Of a stretch of 64,000 nucleotides of DNA, positions 43,102 to 53,515 are shown piece by piece. Where the stretch lies: the IMG/VR virus record IMGVR_UViG_3300021226_000189. The stretch is one strand, 5' to 3'. This DNA comes from a virus. A program made the translations under genes and the position numbers. Each line of letters begins with the position of its first letter. Position 1 is the first letter of the stretch. The notes beneath the pieces are model-generated. The model saw only the letters and a program-made list of their open reading frames with translations. It was not told where the DNA came from and did no database searches.

Positions 43102-44946
43102 TTAAACTTCTGCTTCAGGAGTTTCTGGTGCTTCTGCTGGTGGAGCTTCTTCACCAGCACCTAAATCTGCTTCCTCACCACCACCGATTGTTGCGCCTGC
43201 ACCACCGAAGTCTGGAGGCATACCGCCACCACCGCCACCACCTAAGCCACCCATATCACCACCTAAGCCACCCATATCACCACCTAAGCCACCCATATCA
43301 CCTTCAGCTTGTTGTGCTGCGAGTTCTTTCCAGTTAGGTCCATTGGCTTTAATTTGTTCAATTTCGAACAAGAATTCTGCTTCATTTCTCAAGAAATGAC
43401 GATTTGCTAAAATATCTGAATCTTTCCATTCCAAATATTTTTTCATTGCGAAAGTAGTGGATACGAATTCATTGGAAACAATATTATTAAATGTTTCGAT
43501 TTTGAGATTGAGTTTTTGACTCTCTCTCATGTCGTAGAAATTCGTCGGAACATTGAATTCTATTCGAATATTATCTTCAAAAAGATCATATTCTTCAAAC
43601 ATTCCTTTGAATTTGAGATGCGTGATGAATGCTCGTTTGATACCTTGTGCAAATCTTTGTTGCTGACGAATGATCATTTTCGCGAACTTGAGTTCTTCGC
43701 GAAGCATTTCCGTTCCATCATTATAACCCGTCTCATCATTCAGACGAGAAGTGGGAGTTTTCAAAGAACGATAAAGTTTCTTAATAAACCAATCTAGAAC
43801 ATCGAGATTACCATCCGATGGTTGACCACCGAAAGTTTCCACGGTAGTTGCTTCTTGACCATGTCTTTTAGCGAACCAGAAAGAATCCAAAGTGGATTGG
43901 GGAGCATATTTTTTAACAATATCACCTTGGTCGATATCGAAAGTTTTTGTAGACCAATATTGACTTTGTAATTTTCTCAGATACGCTTCCGCTTGTGGAA
44001 CTGGTAATCTACCAACATCCACGTTGAAAAGAAATCGGAGAGGAGCGTGAACCATTCTGTGAATGACCACAGAATCTTCAATCATCGAAAGCTGTCTATA
44101 AGCTCTACGGCAATTCTCGATGAAAGGAATAATGAAATCTTTGGTTTCATTGTATTGTCCGCTGTTTACATAGAGAACTTGATTCTTTTCAAATGGGATA
44201 TATTCGTAGCGTTCGACTTTTTTGTTATCAACACTAGAAAAAATAGGCTTTTTGTAAATAAAAGCTTTGACCAACATTGTTTGAATATTGTCATAGACAG
44301 GATCAAATTGATCAGCAGGGAGATTTTTAATAGCAACAACACCTTGTCTGATGTAGTCTTCTTTCAGAATCAATTCGAAAAACAGTTCACCTTCGATAAG
44401 AAATTGTCGAAAATAATGCCATCCGTTGTCATCTAATTCCATCATGGAGACAAATTTGGAAAATTCTTTTTGTAAATCTTCTTTTTTTTCCGATTCCAAA
44501 TCTGTATTACGGAAAGATAGAGTCACAATTTCACCATTTTCATCAACATTGATCGTCTCATCACAAATTTCATCTAAAGCGTCTGCCACTTCAGAGAATG
44601 ATGCGATCATGCGATAGTCTCTGAGACGACCTGGTTTTTCCTCCGAAGCTTGAGAATACATCAAATCCGTGAAGGATTTGTCTTGATAGATAGCAGAAAA
44701 CGCTGTATTATTCCAGTCGTTATTAAGTGCTACAGAGTTCTTTGCAATCGCTTCTGGTCTACGAAGACCAATTTTTTGGAAATATTTATATTTGGTGTTC
44801 TTCGCTTCGTCAGGAGTTTGTTCAATAAAGTTCCCACGATTCTTCAAATAGGATTGCATATTCCTATCAAAAGTGGAGCCTTTACCATCGCTCCCTTGAT
44901 ATTGTTTGTTTGAAGATGGTGTTGTTGAACTGCCGATACCCGCCAT
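43102..44946 (-). CDS. gp20: Portal protein
   Basis: EVADALDEICDE, QLSMIEDSVVIHR..APLR..FNVDVG.LP, DSFWFAKR, RLNDE..ELKF. Confidence 0.95.
   Translation of the reverse strand: MAGIGSSTTPSSNKQYQGSDGKGSTFDRNMQSYLKNRGNFIEQTPDEAKNTKYKYFQKIGLRRPEAIAKNSVALNNDWNNTAFSAIYQDKSFTDLMYSQASEEKPGRLRDYRMIASFSEVADALDEICDETINVDENGEIVTLSFRNTDLESEKKEDLQKEFSKFVSMMELDDNGWHYFRQFLIEGELFFELILKEDYIRQGVVAIKNLPADQFDPVYDNIQTMLVKAFIYKKPIFSSVDNKKVERYEYIPFEKNQVLYVNSGQYNETKDFIIPFIENCRRAYRQLSMIEDSVVIHRMVHAPLRFLFNVDVGRLPVPQAEAYLRKLQSQYWSTKTFDIDQGDIVKKYAPQSTLDSFWFAKRHGQEATTVETFGGQPSDGNLDVLDWFIKKLYRSLKTPTSRLNDETGYNDGTEMLREELKFAKMIIRQQQRFAQGIKRAFITHLKFKGMFEEYDLFEDNIRIEFNVPTNFYDMRESQKLNLKIETFNNIVSNEFVSTTFAMKKYLEWKDSDILANRHFLRNEAEFLFEIEQIKANGPNWKELAAQQAEGDMGGLGGDMGGLGGDMGGLGGGGGGGMPPDFGGAGATIGGGEEADLGAGEEAPPAEAPETPEAEV
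43236..43302 (-). repeat. 21-bp tandem repeat x3 (DMGGLGG) in portal tail
   Basis: CACCACCTAAGCCACCCATAT x3. Confidence 0.9.
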
Positions 44947-45022
44947 ACTTATTATTTAAGGAGATTTGTCAATTATTCAATTAAATATCGTTCGGATAAT
45001 ATTATTTATCTCAAAATGTTTT

Positions 45023-46963
45023 TTATGGTTTAGTGAATCCCGATAAATCAATTTCTGTTAATTGATAACCGCCACCAAGAGTTGTCATCATTTCATTCAA
45101 CTTAACTTTTTGATTTCCTATGGAAGTTCCAGAACCAGCACCACCGAAAGTCCAAACAGTGAGAATAACGGGTTCATTGTTGATAATAATGATTGCTGGA
45201 TTACCAGAATCTCCCGCTATTTTAGCTTCATAAAATTCCAATCTCTTGGAATCTATTGGAGCAGAAAATCCTGAATATGTATTTTCCGATGTCCAGTCTG
45301 TGACTAGAGCTTTTTCCTCTTGGTCTAAAGTCAATGCTGGTATTCTAGGGGAGAATGATGTGATGTATTCAGCCCAATTATTTGGTAAAACTTTCGCAAA
45401 TGATATTTCAGAAGGAACATCCGAATCCAATAATCCAACAGTCAAATCTGGATAATATGGTGTGTAATCAGGATGAGTAATTTTACTAATCATCGTTCTG
45501 GTGATTACATTATTATTAACATCGACAAATCTTATTTGAGCATTGGTAGGAATTTGATAATGAGCAGCAAAAATAATGTGTCTAGGACTAATAAGAGTCC
45601 CAGCATAATTATTAACACCAGAGCTATTCCATGGGCTTATACATGTCAGAACTTTCGGCAAATCAGCACACCAAGCACTAAGATTTCTAGTGTAAATACC
45701 TGATGTGTGATTTCTGACTGTATATAAACTCAAAGCAGATGTTGGACTTTTATTTACAAGTCTGGTATCGACACCTGAAATAACTTGTTCATTCAAATAT
45801 ATTGGAGTTGGTAGAGGTGGTGGTGTCGTGCTTACTGGTGGTGTCGTGCTTACAATTGGTGTGAAATTTTGATTATCAATTACTGACAAATTGATACTTT
45901 CAGTCCAAGCAACTTTGTTTGCCGTTATGAACTTAAATTCACCGCTCAAATTTTCAAAATAATTGAATGGGAAAGTTATAGTTGCAATATTATCGCTAAA
46001 GATTGTCACTAAATCATTCGGTATTCTATAAGCAAAAATCGCAGGAGATTTAGAAGTTTCGACTTTTTCTAAAATAAGTTTTGAAATATTACCACCACTG
46101 AGATACCAAGAATTGTCGTAATTGAATCTTTTTCCGTAAAAAGTGAATGTTTTTTCATTTAGATTTTCAAGACTAATAGCTGTATGTGGATTACCGTTAA
46201 CGAAATAATTAGTGAATTCTGGATAAGCACTAATTGAAACGGTTTCACTTTGAACACCATCTAATTTTATTTTATCATAATCATTTACATCACAGAAACG
46301 ATTCGATACGGGAAGAGCATGGAAATTTGATTCTATGACATAAATTGGTTTTTGTGTCTGTTCGTGATCCTTGAACAACCATCCTTTGACAGTGAATGAA
46401 GTAGATGCAGAAATTCTCCATTTCACATCTGGCGATAAGTCTTTAGGATTGTCGTAAGAAATATCACCCGACCATTGTATTTCGCTTCTGATTTCGTCGA
46501 TAAAAGGCATATCAAATTTCTCTGGAATTTTCCAAGAAACGATGATATATGGGTTACAATTAACTACAAAATTCTGAATAATTTGATCCAGATCCTCCTT
46601 AAAATAACAGATGATATTTACATCCAGAGTAAGATTGACAGGAATTGGTGTTGGGATTTTGGATAATCTATTCGTAGCATCTAATTGCTTTCTATATAAA
46701 AATTGATCTTTGTTTTGAATTCTCGATGAATCACGGGATAAGCCAGTTTGCTCGATAGTGACAACGGGCAAAGTCAAAGACTTCGCCTTATCACTCAAGT
46801 CGAATAGAACACGATGTTTTGGTCCATTCACATAACGAACTTCAATTTTTTCCTTTGCTTGTCTTGTTTTTGTATCATAACGATACACGAAAGCATCATC
46901 AAATGCTGCTACAAACAGATTGAGGAGGTTGGAATTTTCGAAAAAGTAACTATAATCCTTCAC
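45023..46963 (-). CDS. gp15: Tail terminator/sheath stabiliser gp15 fused to trypsin-like protease domain
   Basis: N-terminal IEVRYVNGPK, LTLPVVTIE, FTVKGWLF; C-terminal AAHY, DLTVG, GDSGNP. Confidence 0.8.
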   Translation of the reverse strand: MKDYSYFFENSNLLNLFVAAFDDAFVYRYDTKTRQAKEKIEVRYVNGPKHRVLFDLSDKAKSLTLPVVTIEQTGLSRDSSRIQNKDQFLYRKQLDATNRLSKIPTPIPVNLTLDVNIICYFKEDLDQIIQNFVVNCNPYIIVSWKIPEKFDMPFIDEIRSEIQWSGDISYDNPKDLSPDVKWRISASTSFTVKGWLFKDHEQTQKPIYVIESNFHALPVSNRFCDVNDYDKIKLDGVQSETVSISAYPEFTNYFVNGNPHTAISLENLNEKTFTFYGKRFNYDNSWYLSGGNISKLILEKVETSKSPAIFAYRIPNDLVTIFSDNIATITFPFNYFENLSGEFKFITANKVAWTESINLSVIDNQNFTPIVSTTPPVSTTPPPLPTPIYLNEQVISGVDTRLVNKSPTSALSLYTVRNHTSGIYTRNLSAWCADLPKVLTCISPWNSSGVNNYAGTLISPRHIIFAAHYQIPTNAQIRFVDVNNNVITRTMISKITHPDYTPYYPDLTVGLLDSDVPSEISFAKVLPNNWAEYITSFSPRIPALTLDQEEKALVTDWTSENTYSGFSAPIDSKRLEFYEAKIAGDSGNPAIIIINNEPVILTVWTFGGAGSGTSIGNQKVKLNEMMTTLGGGYQLTEIDLSGFTKP

Positions 46964-46976
46964 TCATATTACTTAA

Positions 46977-48119
46977 TCAAAAATTTCCAAATCCAATTGC
47001 TCTTTCTTGCTTCTTCAGAGGTGAATCGAATTCTTCAACGTTGAAGATGTCACACAATGCCGTTTCTTCTTCAAAAGTATGATTGATACCGCAATGTTTT
47101 GCCAATCTATTGGCGAATTTTGCGGAGAGTTTGCCAAAATTATGTGATAAATGTAATCTACCCTTACGCAATAGAGCAGTATCAATTGATTTGATATCAG
47201 CATTCATAGTGGCAATGACTTTAATTTTCAACGCATCTTTCAAAAATCCGTCAGTCAAATTCAATAAATTCGTTGTAGCAGAGCTTCTCTCATTACACAA
47301 AATCTGTTCAGCATCTTCGACAATCAAAGTGCATCCTTGATTTTGTAACATGAAGGATACAAAACTCGGCTCTGCGATAATATTAACCATAGATGGTGGA
47401 ACATAAATAACATCATTTTCAAATTTTGTTATCATGTTTTTGATAAAGTTGGTCTTCCCACACCCAGGGGGTCCGTAAAATACCATCAGATTATTCGATT
47501 TCTCATCGGAAAATTTAATAATTTTTTCATATGGGAAATCATCACCATAATACAAAGAATACTCACCATCTTTAATTTCAATATTATTGAATGTGGTTTT
47601 TTGTTTATACAATCCTTGAGCATTCTGAGCAATCATGTAGAAATTCTTTTCCGAATCAGGGATAAATAAAACATTCATTTCCACCAACTCGTCTATGAAT
47701 TTGTGAATATTATCACGATTTTCAATCAAAGGGCAGAATGATATGGATATTACACCGCTTTCCAAACCAACGAAGCCATCTTCCTCATCATTCTCTTTAT
47801 CAACTTTATTCTCTGGTAGTCCAAAATTACAGCGAACCATCAAATATAAAGAATCATTGAAATAATAACCAGATTTAAAATCGTTGATTTTATATTGCTG
47901 TGTCACATCAAAATTCCATTTTCTGAAAAAATCTTGAATATCATTCAGTCTTCTAGCATCTATCAGGTAATCATCTAGGACAATAGTATTGAGGGAGATG
48001 TTCCCAAATTTCTGTTCAAATTCTTGGGGATAATCGGAAAAATTTTTAAACGATCCTACGGAATTTACCCAATAAGTTTTTTCTAGTGCTTTTTTAATTG
48101 TCTCTTTTAATTTGCTCAT
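46977..48119 (-). CDS. AAA+ ATPase
   Basis: GPPGCGKT, LIVEDAE, LLNLTDG, ALLRKGRL. Confidence 0.92.
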   Translation of the reverse strand: MSKLKETIKKALEKTYWVNSVGSFKNFSDYPQEFEQKFGNISLNTIVLDDYLIDARRLNDIQDFFRKWNFDVTQQYKINDFKSGYYFNDSLYLMVRCNFGLPENKVDKENDEEDGFVGLESGVISISFCPLIENRDNIHKFIDELVEMNVLFIPDSEKNFYMIAQNAQGLYKQKTTFNNIEIKDGEYSLYYGDDFPYEKIIKFSDEKSNNLMVFYGPPGCGKTNFIKNMITKFENDVIYVPPSMVNIIAEPSFVSFMLQNQGCTLIVEDAEQILCNERSSATTNLLNLTDGFLKDALKIKVIATMNADIKSIDTALLRKGRLHLSHNFGKLSAKFANRLAKHCGINHTFEEETALCDIFNVEEFDSPLKKQERAIGFGNF

Positions 48120-48120
48120 A

Positions 48121-49746
48121 TTAATTAAATCTGTCTAGGAAGAACTTCGGAAGCTTCTTCTTGTTTCTATTAATAGCATCAAAAATGCTCCCGTCAAGTA
48201 TGTAAGTTTCACACCAGTCATCATGGGCGCGAACACTGCGACCGCAAGCCTGAAGCAGAGTCTTCAACATCGCATTCCCATACCATTCTTTATCAATTTT
48301 CATCAGCTTCTCCACCCGAACATCTTTTGTTGGTAGCCAAGGTGCTTTAAGAATAATCTGGAAACGAGATAAATCACCTTTCAAATCCACACCATAAGTC
48401 ATGGAAGGGGACACTAGAATCGTGGGTTCTTTGGATGCTTCATGAATTTCAAGAAGCTGCTCATTGTTCACTCCCGCTTCTCTACAGAGCAATCGAGGAG
48501 AATTAATATTTTCCCGAATGTAATCTGCGAGATATTGAGTGTGGGTATGGATAATACCTTTTTCATCAGCATGGTGTTCCATGATTCCTTTAATTTGTTT
48601 AATCAAAGTTGGAAGCATTGATTTCAAATTTTGAAAATTTAATTTCTGTTTCGCCATGATATGAATCGGAGATTTTTCAGGATCAAAATCCGTTCCAATG
48701 TGAATATATTCATAGTCCTTAATACCGAGAGAATCACAATAAGCATTCGGATCAATAATCGTAGCAGAGAGGATGACTACTTTTTCAGCATATTGAAAAA
48801 GATATTTCGAAAGAACATCGACTTTCAATGGGATGAATCGGATACCATTCTCCAATCTCTCCACAATATAATCACTATCATAGAAAGTATCAATCAACAA
48901 TTCCAAAGAATTTTGAAGATTTGTAAGCTTAGTATATTCCTGTTTCTTTTTATTGAAAGTGATGATGTCTTTTTTATTACTATTATCAGCGAACCAATTT
49001 TTATATTCTTCAACTGAATTCTTCACACTTTCTGCTACTTTACTCACCCATGCCAACACTTTAGTCTTATTCTTATCATCGTTTGGAAATGGCGTGACCA
49101 GCGTTTGAGTCTTCATAAGAAATGGAATGTCCACTTCACATGTGAATTGACCGACCAATTGCTCTTCTAATTCCGAGCCTTCGTCGCAAACAATAATTTG
49201 TCTTTTCTTGAGATGATTGGGTAGAGAGAAGAACATACTGTAATTCAAAGCAGAAAATTTTGAAGTGAGCATGTTATTACGAGAGTTGTAATAAGGACAA
49301 CGATTTGCTTTCCAACATTCATTTTTCTGGTTTGCGACATAGATGCAAGGTGCGACATCGACTGACAGTGTATCATCAACATCACATTGGTAATTACTCT
49401 TACCCTTCAAGACTCCCGTTTCATTGAAAGTATTTTGATATTGATCTTGAAGAGACTTGGTAATCGTTAAAGAGTAACAACCAAACGGTTCGAAATCGGC
49501 AACCAATTCCGCACCGTTTTCAGCAAAAACGCTGTAATTTTTAACGATTCGTTCAAATTCTACAGGCACATCTCTAGATACATTACCAAGAGTTTTAGCC
49601 AAGTGTGTCTTACCGACACCAGTATCAGCATGAACAATTACAAATTTTTTACCATTCTCAAATGCTTTTTCAATAGCATTAAGAGCTTTAGCTTGTTTAT
49701 CACGAGGGTTGAATCCCTCTGGAAAGTTTAGTATTAGATTACGCAT
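48121..49746 (-). CDS. DinG/Rad3-like SF2 helicase
   Basis: ADTGVGKT, TKSLQDQY, VCDEG, LSATI, GVDLKGDL, QACGRSVR; Cys cluster. Confidence 0.9.
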   Translation of the reverse strand: MRNLILNFPEGFNPRDKQAKALNAIEKAFENGKKFVIVHADTGVGKTHLAKTLGNVSRDVPVEFERIVKNYSVFAENGAELVADFEPFGCYSLTITKSLQDQYQNTFNETGVLKGKSNYQCDVDDTLSVDVAPCIYVANQKNECWKANRCPYYNSRNNMLTSKFSALNYSMFFSLPNHLKKRQIIVCDEGSELEEQLVGQFTCEVDIPFLMKTQTLVTPFPNDDKNKTKVLAWVSKVAESVKNSVEEYKNWFADNSNKKDIITFNKKKQEYTKLTNLQNSLELLIDTFYDSDYIVERLENGIRFIPLKVDVLSKYLFQYAEKVVILSATIIDPNAYCDSLGIKDYEYIHIGTDFDPEKSPIHIMAKQKLNFQNLKSMLPTLIKQIKGIMEHHADEKGIIHTHTQYLADYIRENINSPRLLCREAGVNNEQLLEIHEASKEPTILVSPSMTYGVDLKGDLSRFQIILKAPWLPTKDVRVEKLMKIDKEWYGNAMLKTLLQACGRSVRAHDDWCETYILDGSIFDAINRNKKKLPKFFLDRFN

Positions 49747-49808
49747 TTTTTAAGATTCCAAATTCAATATCAAAAAAATATTTGATATGGAAATCTTACC
49801 ACGTAATT

Positions 49809-50138
49809 TTAGGATGTCAATACATAAAGGTAATTATCAAAAAATTTGGATGAATCTGACTTATTAATCGCTTTCATTTTCCAATATACTTCCTCGGTTC
49901 TTGGACAGAACGCACTCAAAGAATAATCGAAAATATATCCATTTTGAGTTTTTTTAATATCATATGGGTATGATATCTCCCATTCTTTTATTTGAGATTC
50001 TTCATCAATTTTGAATCGAATAAAATTTTGTTTGGTATTAAACATCTGGATTTTTCCAGATTTTATATTTTTATTATTCAAAACAAATTTCACATCGGTG
50101 AATATGATTCTTTTTAAAAATTTTTCTATTTTATCCAT
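49809..50138 (-). CDS. Hypothetical protein (109 aa)
   Basis: ORF track. Confidence 0.7.
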   Translation of the reverse strand: MDKIEKFLKRIIFTDVKFVLNNKNIKSGKIQMFNTKQNFIRFKIDEESQIKEWEISYPYDIKKTQNGYIFDYSLSAFCPRTEEVYWKMKAINKSDSSKFFDNYLYVLTS

Positions 50139-50542
50139 GTTTCCAATGTTAAATCTAAATCCATATAGCGCATTTTTTCTTGGGGGCTAAGAGTCATAAT
50201 ATTTTCGTTGAAATATTCCCAAAAATTATCATCTGCTGGTATTTTCTGCATCAGATAACATTCATCCATATTCACGTTTCTATAATCCTGCATCATGATA
50301 TCCCAAGTAACAACAAGATTATGTTTGCGCTCATCAACTTTTTTCGGGACAAAAGACCCGCTATAATTGAGAACCCTTAGACCATTCTCTGAGCGTAAAA
50401 TATCCATGCTATTAGTGCATAACATTTGTCTCAGAAGAGGTCTTCCAAATGCGCGTTCAGGTCTTCTACGAACTATTAGAATGTCACATACGTGACGATT
50501 CAACATTCGTTGCAACCCCAATTTAGTTATCTTTTGAAGCAT
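50126..50542 (-). CDS. Hypothetical protein (138 aa)
   Basis: RQMLCT...LVVTWDIMMQDYR pattern. Confidence 0.75.
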   Translation of the reverse strand: MLQKITKLGLQRMLNRHVCDILIVRRRPERAFGRPLLRQMLCTNSMDILRSENGLRVLNYSGSFVPKKVDERKHNLVVTWDIMMQDYRNVNMDECYLMQKIPADDNFWEYFNENIMTLSPQEKMRYMDLDLTLETWIK

Positions 50543-50942
50543 TTACTTCACAAACGCCAAACATGCGCTGCTCATTCAAGAACAATCCGTTCTTCACTTT
50601 TCCATGCCCAGTAACTTCCAAGTTGGTAATCGGAATCCCCATATTATTCGGGAATACCACGATATCACCAACTTCAGTATATCGAACATTCGGTCCTTTC
50701 AAGATAACTTTACCTTTTCGCCATGCGTTATGGACTTGGGCTACTGGGATAGCAATCCCACCACGTAAAATATAGTCACCAGTTTCTTCACCTGAAACAA
50801 GATCACAATATTCGAGAAGCATCACATCGTCGAACAATTTAGACAACTTATAATCATCCAAGCCGAAGTCACTAGGGAGCGAGCTATCAGCCAAGTCGAT
50901 ATGTGATTTTTGAGGAGCTAATACATCAATAGATACAGACAT
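50523..50942 (-). CDS. GroES-like co-chaperone
   Basis: DDVMLLE, GGIAIP, GKVILKGPNV..VGDIVVF; late promoter. Confidence 0.7.
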   Translation of the reverse strand: MSVSIDVLAPQKSHIDLADSSLPSDFGLDDYKLSKLFDDVMLLEYCDLVSGEETGDYILRGGIAIPVAQVHNAWRKGKVILKGPNVRYTEVGDIVVFPNNMGIPITNLEVTGHGKVKNGLFLNEQRMFGVCEVNASKDN

Positions 50943-50963
50943 GTAAATATTTACTATGATATT

Positions 50964-51725
50964 TTAATTGTCAATAATCAATTCAGCATCTCCCACATGT
51001 TTAATATTGAAAGGTCTTTCTATCTCTTTATAATACTTGACCATTTCTATCATCATTCTATATTTTTTAAAATCTGGTTCTATCCAATATTCTTTTTTAA
51101 GAAGATCCAATTTGACTAATTGATTGTAAGCTACTTTTTCAATGTGTTCCATTTTTTGCCCAGATGATAGGTGATAATTAACACCACTGAAATTGTAAAT
51201 AAAATCTATTTCATTATTATCTTCTAATAATAAATTATTGGTGGATGATATTTTATTATGGAGAACACTATCATCACTACCATCTGAAAGACTTGGATAT
51301 CCTCCAACATTAGTCCACGTTTCTTTCAAAAAAGAAATACAGTTAGGTGGTGAATTATCGATTACAAATTTATTATTATATGTGACGTAAGCTATTCTAT
51401 TTCTATAAGCTTGAACACCGTTACCAATTTTAAAAATATTATTAGATATCCTATTTGGTAAAAAAAGATCGTCATCATCGAAAGGAAAAATTACATCAGA
51501 GTCGTTTTTAGCGACAATTCCAATATTTCTTTTTTCACCCACTGTTATTCTTTTACAAACATTTATGGTGGTGACATTATTATGCTTACATCTTAAAGTA
51601 ATATTAGGATCATCGTTTATAATCACCAGATGTTTATCTGCATGATTTTGGATCAAAAATGATGCCAACATTCGACCCAAATATGGTATTCTACCGTAAG
51701 TAGGGCAAACGACTAAAGCTTTCAT
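50964..51725 (-). CDS. Glycosyltransferase family 2-like
   Basis: VCPTYGR, GEKRNIG, FDDDD. Confidence 0.85.
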   Translation of the reverse strand: MKALVVCPTYGRIPYLGRMLASFLIQNHADKHLVIINDDPNITLRCKHNNVTTINVCKRITVGEKRNIGIVAKNDSDVIFPFDDDDLFLPNRISNNIFKIGNGVQAYRNRIAYVTYNNKFVIDNSPPNCISFLKETWTNVGGYPSLSDGSDDSVLHNKISSTNNLLLEDNNEIDFIYNFSGVNYHLSSGQKMEHIEKVAYNQLVKLDLLKKEYWIEPDFKKYRMMIEMVKYYKEIERPFNIKHVGDAELIIDN

Positions 51726-51982
51726 ACTTTTTTCTTTTTGGAAAGATAATCTATTTTTTTACGTTTCAATTTTGGTATAACATTCTCAAAAAATCTGAAT
51801 CTTTCTTCATCTGTCTCGAATATTTGAGAATATTTGTTCAATGTTTCATTGGTATACTTCAGCAGATTTTTATCGTAAAAACTTAAATATCTGCTAACCA
51901 TAAAAGGTGAAAATTCTTCCAATAATTCATTGGTCATTTCACTTTTTTTATCGAAAAGTAGGTGATTGATAGCGTTATACAT
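51722..51982 (-). CDS. Clamp-loader small subunit-like (T4 gp62-like)
   Basis: AINHL..KK, FSPFMVSRYLS, FFENVIPK.KR. Confidence 0.6.
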   Translation of the reverse strand: MYNAINHLLFDKKSEMTNELLEEFSPFMVSRYLSFYDKNLLKYTNETLNKYSQIFETDEERFRFFENVIPKLKRKKIDYLSKKKKV

Positions 51983-52745
51983 TATTAATATAGTGGATGT
52001 TCATATCTTCCCTGTAGATATCTTTGTAATAATTATGCGGTAGATCAGCAAACCACACGGAGGGAAAATAACATTCCTTATTCCCAATCAAAGATGCCCA
52101 CCAAGAAAAAGTGGAATTACTCCCAACGATAATATCACACTTACTCATTCTTGTCAACTCTTCAATATCTGTTTTCAATTTTATGATTTGAAAATCATAA
52201 CCATCAAATTCTTGTTGAACTTTTTGTTTACTATCGGTGAACACTTTAATATCACAACCTTTGTATTTTTCAAAAAAATATCTAAAATAATCAGTGTTGC
52301 ATACATGTAATCTTTTAGAAAAATTTAGATAGTCTCCTCTTCTTATATGTATACCAATCTCTGTGTTGCCTTCTTTCTTATCAGAAGTCTCGACTAATGG
52401 TAAATTCAAAAGTGAAATAAATTCATCTTTATCATTTTCAAAATATTTTAATGTTTGAAAATATCCATTCAGAGCAACACTTTCTTCAAAATATGGTATA
52501 GGATCATATCCAAAATTTTTCTCCGAATACATTTCTGAATTATAATCAGTGAAACCGTATTTGAAATTTTTGAATAAAGTATCCCTATAAAATAACGAAT
52601 TATTACCTTGTGTAGCGTGCCAATTTGAAGGATTTAATACTAAATCTTTATCATACTTTTTAGCATAGGAATATCCAGCAGCTACTTGAAATATCTGATT
52701 AGCAACACCACCCATTAAATCTATGTAACATTTACTCATACCCAA
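51975..52745 (-). CDS. GT11 alpha-1,2-fucosyltransferase-like
   Basis: GGVANQIFQ, GYFQ, IHIRRGDY, NSTFSWW. Confidence 0.9.
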   Translation of the reverse strand: MGMSKCYIDLMGGVANQIFQVAAGYSYAKKYDKDLVLNPSNWHATQGNNSLFYRDTLFKNFKYGFTDYNSEMYSEKNFGYDPIPYFEESVALNGYFQTLKYFENDKDEFISLLNLPLVETSDKKEGNTEIGIHIRRGDYLNFSKRLHVCNTDYFRYFFEKYKGCDIKVFTDSKQKVQQEFDGYDFQIIKLKTDIEELTRMSKCDIIVGSNSTFSWWASLIGNKECYFPSVWFADLPHNYYKDIYREDMNIHYINNV

Positions 52746-53515
52746 GAACCGTTCAAATATTGATAAAGATTATTAACATGACCACGGTATAATGCGAGCC
52801 ACACTCCAACATTTCCACTATGAGTAACAACTGAACCAGTTTGACTCATGAATAATAAACTAGCCAAAAAATCGCAAGAAAATTCGAACTTTTCTTTACT
52901 GAACATAGGAATAACATGTTGCATTGCCACACTCATATTTCTTTTAATTAAAGGAATTTTATTATTTATAAAAGTGTTTGGATATTTTTTGGTAAAGAAA
53001 TCAGCAAATTCTATCTCATCCGTTTGAAGATAAAAAAGTGGATTTTCATATTTTTGAACGATATTTTCCAATGGTTTGATAAAAGTGCTGTAGGGTGCTA
53101 CCATAGTCTCAGTAACCTTGTCATTACCTCTATAACAAACGCTGATAATATTTTCAGGATTTTGACCCACGTCTTTTTTCAATTGTTCCAGTCTATCTAA
53201 TATCAAATTTGAAGGACTGAAGTAAGAATTTACCAAAGGCGTTAAAGCTGTGAAATCTAATTTTCTATATGGTGTGAATTGAGTCAACCAATCGAAATTA
53301 ATAATTTTACTATCAACTATTGGTTTCTCCTTTTCAGAGAAAATTATAGAAGATAGGTCTTGATTTTGAAATTCTTTATACCAATAAAATTGTTCTGACC
53401 TGTCTACTATAGGGAAATGAGAACGATTATTATAATAGTTACAAATGTCTTGTAATGCGACAGAGCAACAAGAAAAAAAACCAGAATTATGTGTTATTTT
53501 CAAATCAGAAATCAT
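52736..53515 (-). CDS. O-fucosyltransferase/NodZ-like protein
   Basis: SGFFS, VCYRGNDK, YLQTDE, HSGNVG. Confidence 0.65.
   Translation of the reverse strand: MISDLKITHNSGFFSCCSVALQDICNYYNNRSHFPIVDRSEQFYWYKEFQNQDLSSIIFSEKEKPIVDSKIINFDWLTQFTPYRKLDFTALTPLVNSYFSPSNLILDRLEQLKKDVGQNPENIISVCYRGNDKVTETMVAPYSTFIKPLENIVQKYENPLFYLQTDEIEFADFFTKKYPNTFINNKIPLIKRNMSVAMQHVIPMFSKEKFEFSCDFLASLLFMSQTGSVVTHSGNVGVWLALYRGHVNNLYQYLNGSWV

Noticed and set aside
43236-43302. Gly-rich tandem repeat in portal tail as a functional signal
   Set aside because: Low-complexity acidic/Gly tails are common on T4-like portals
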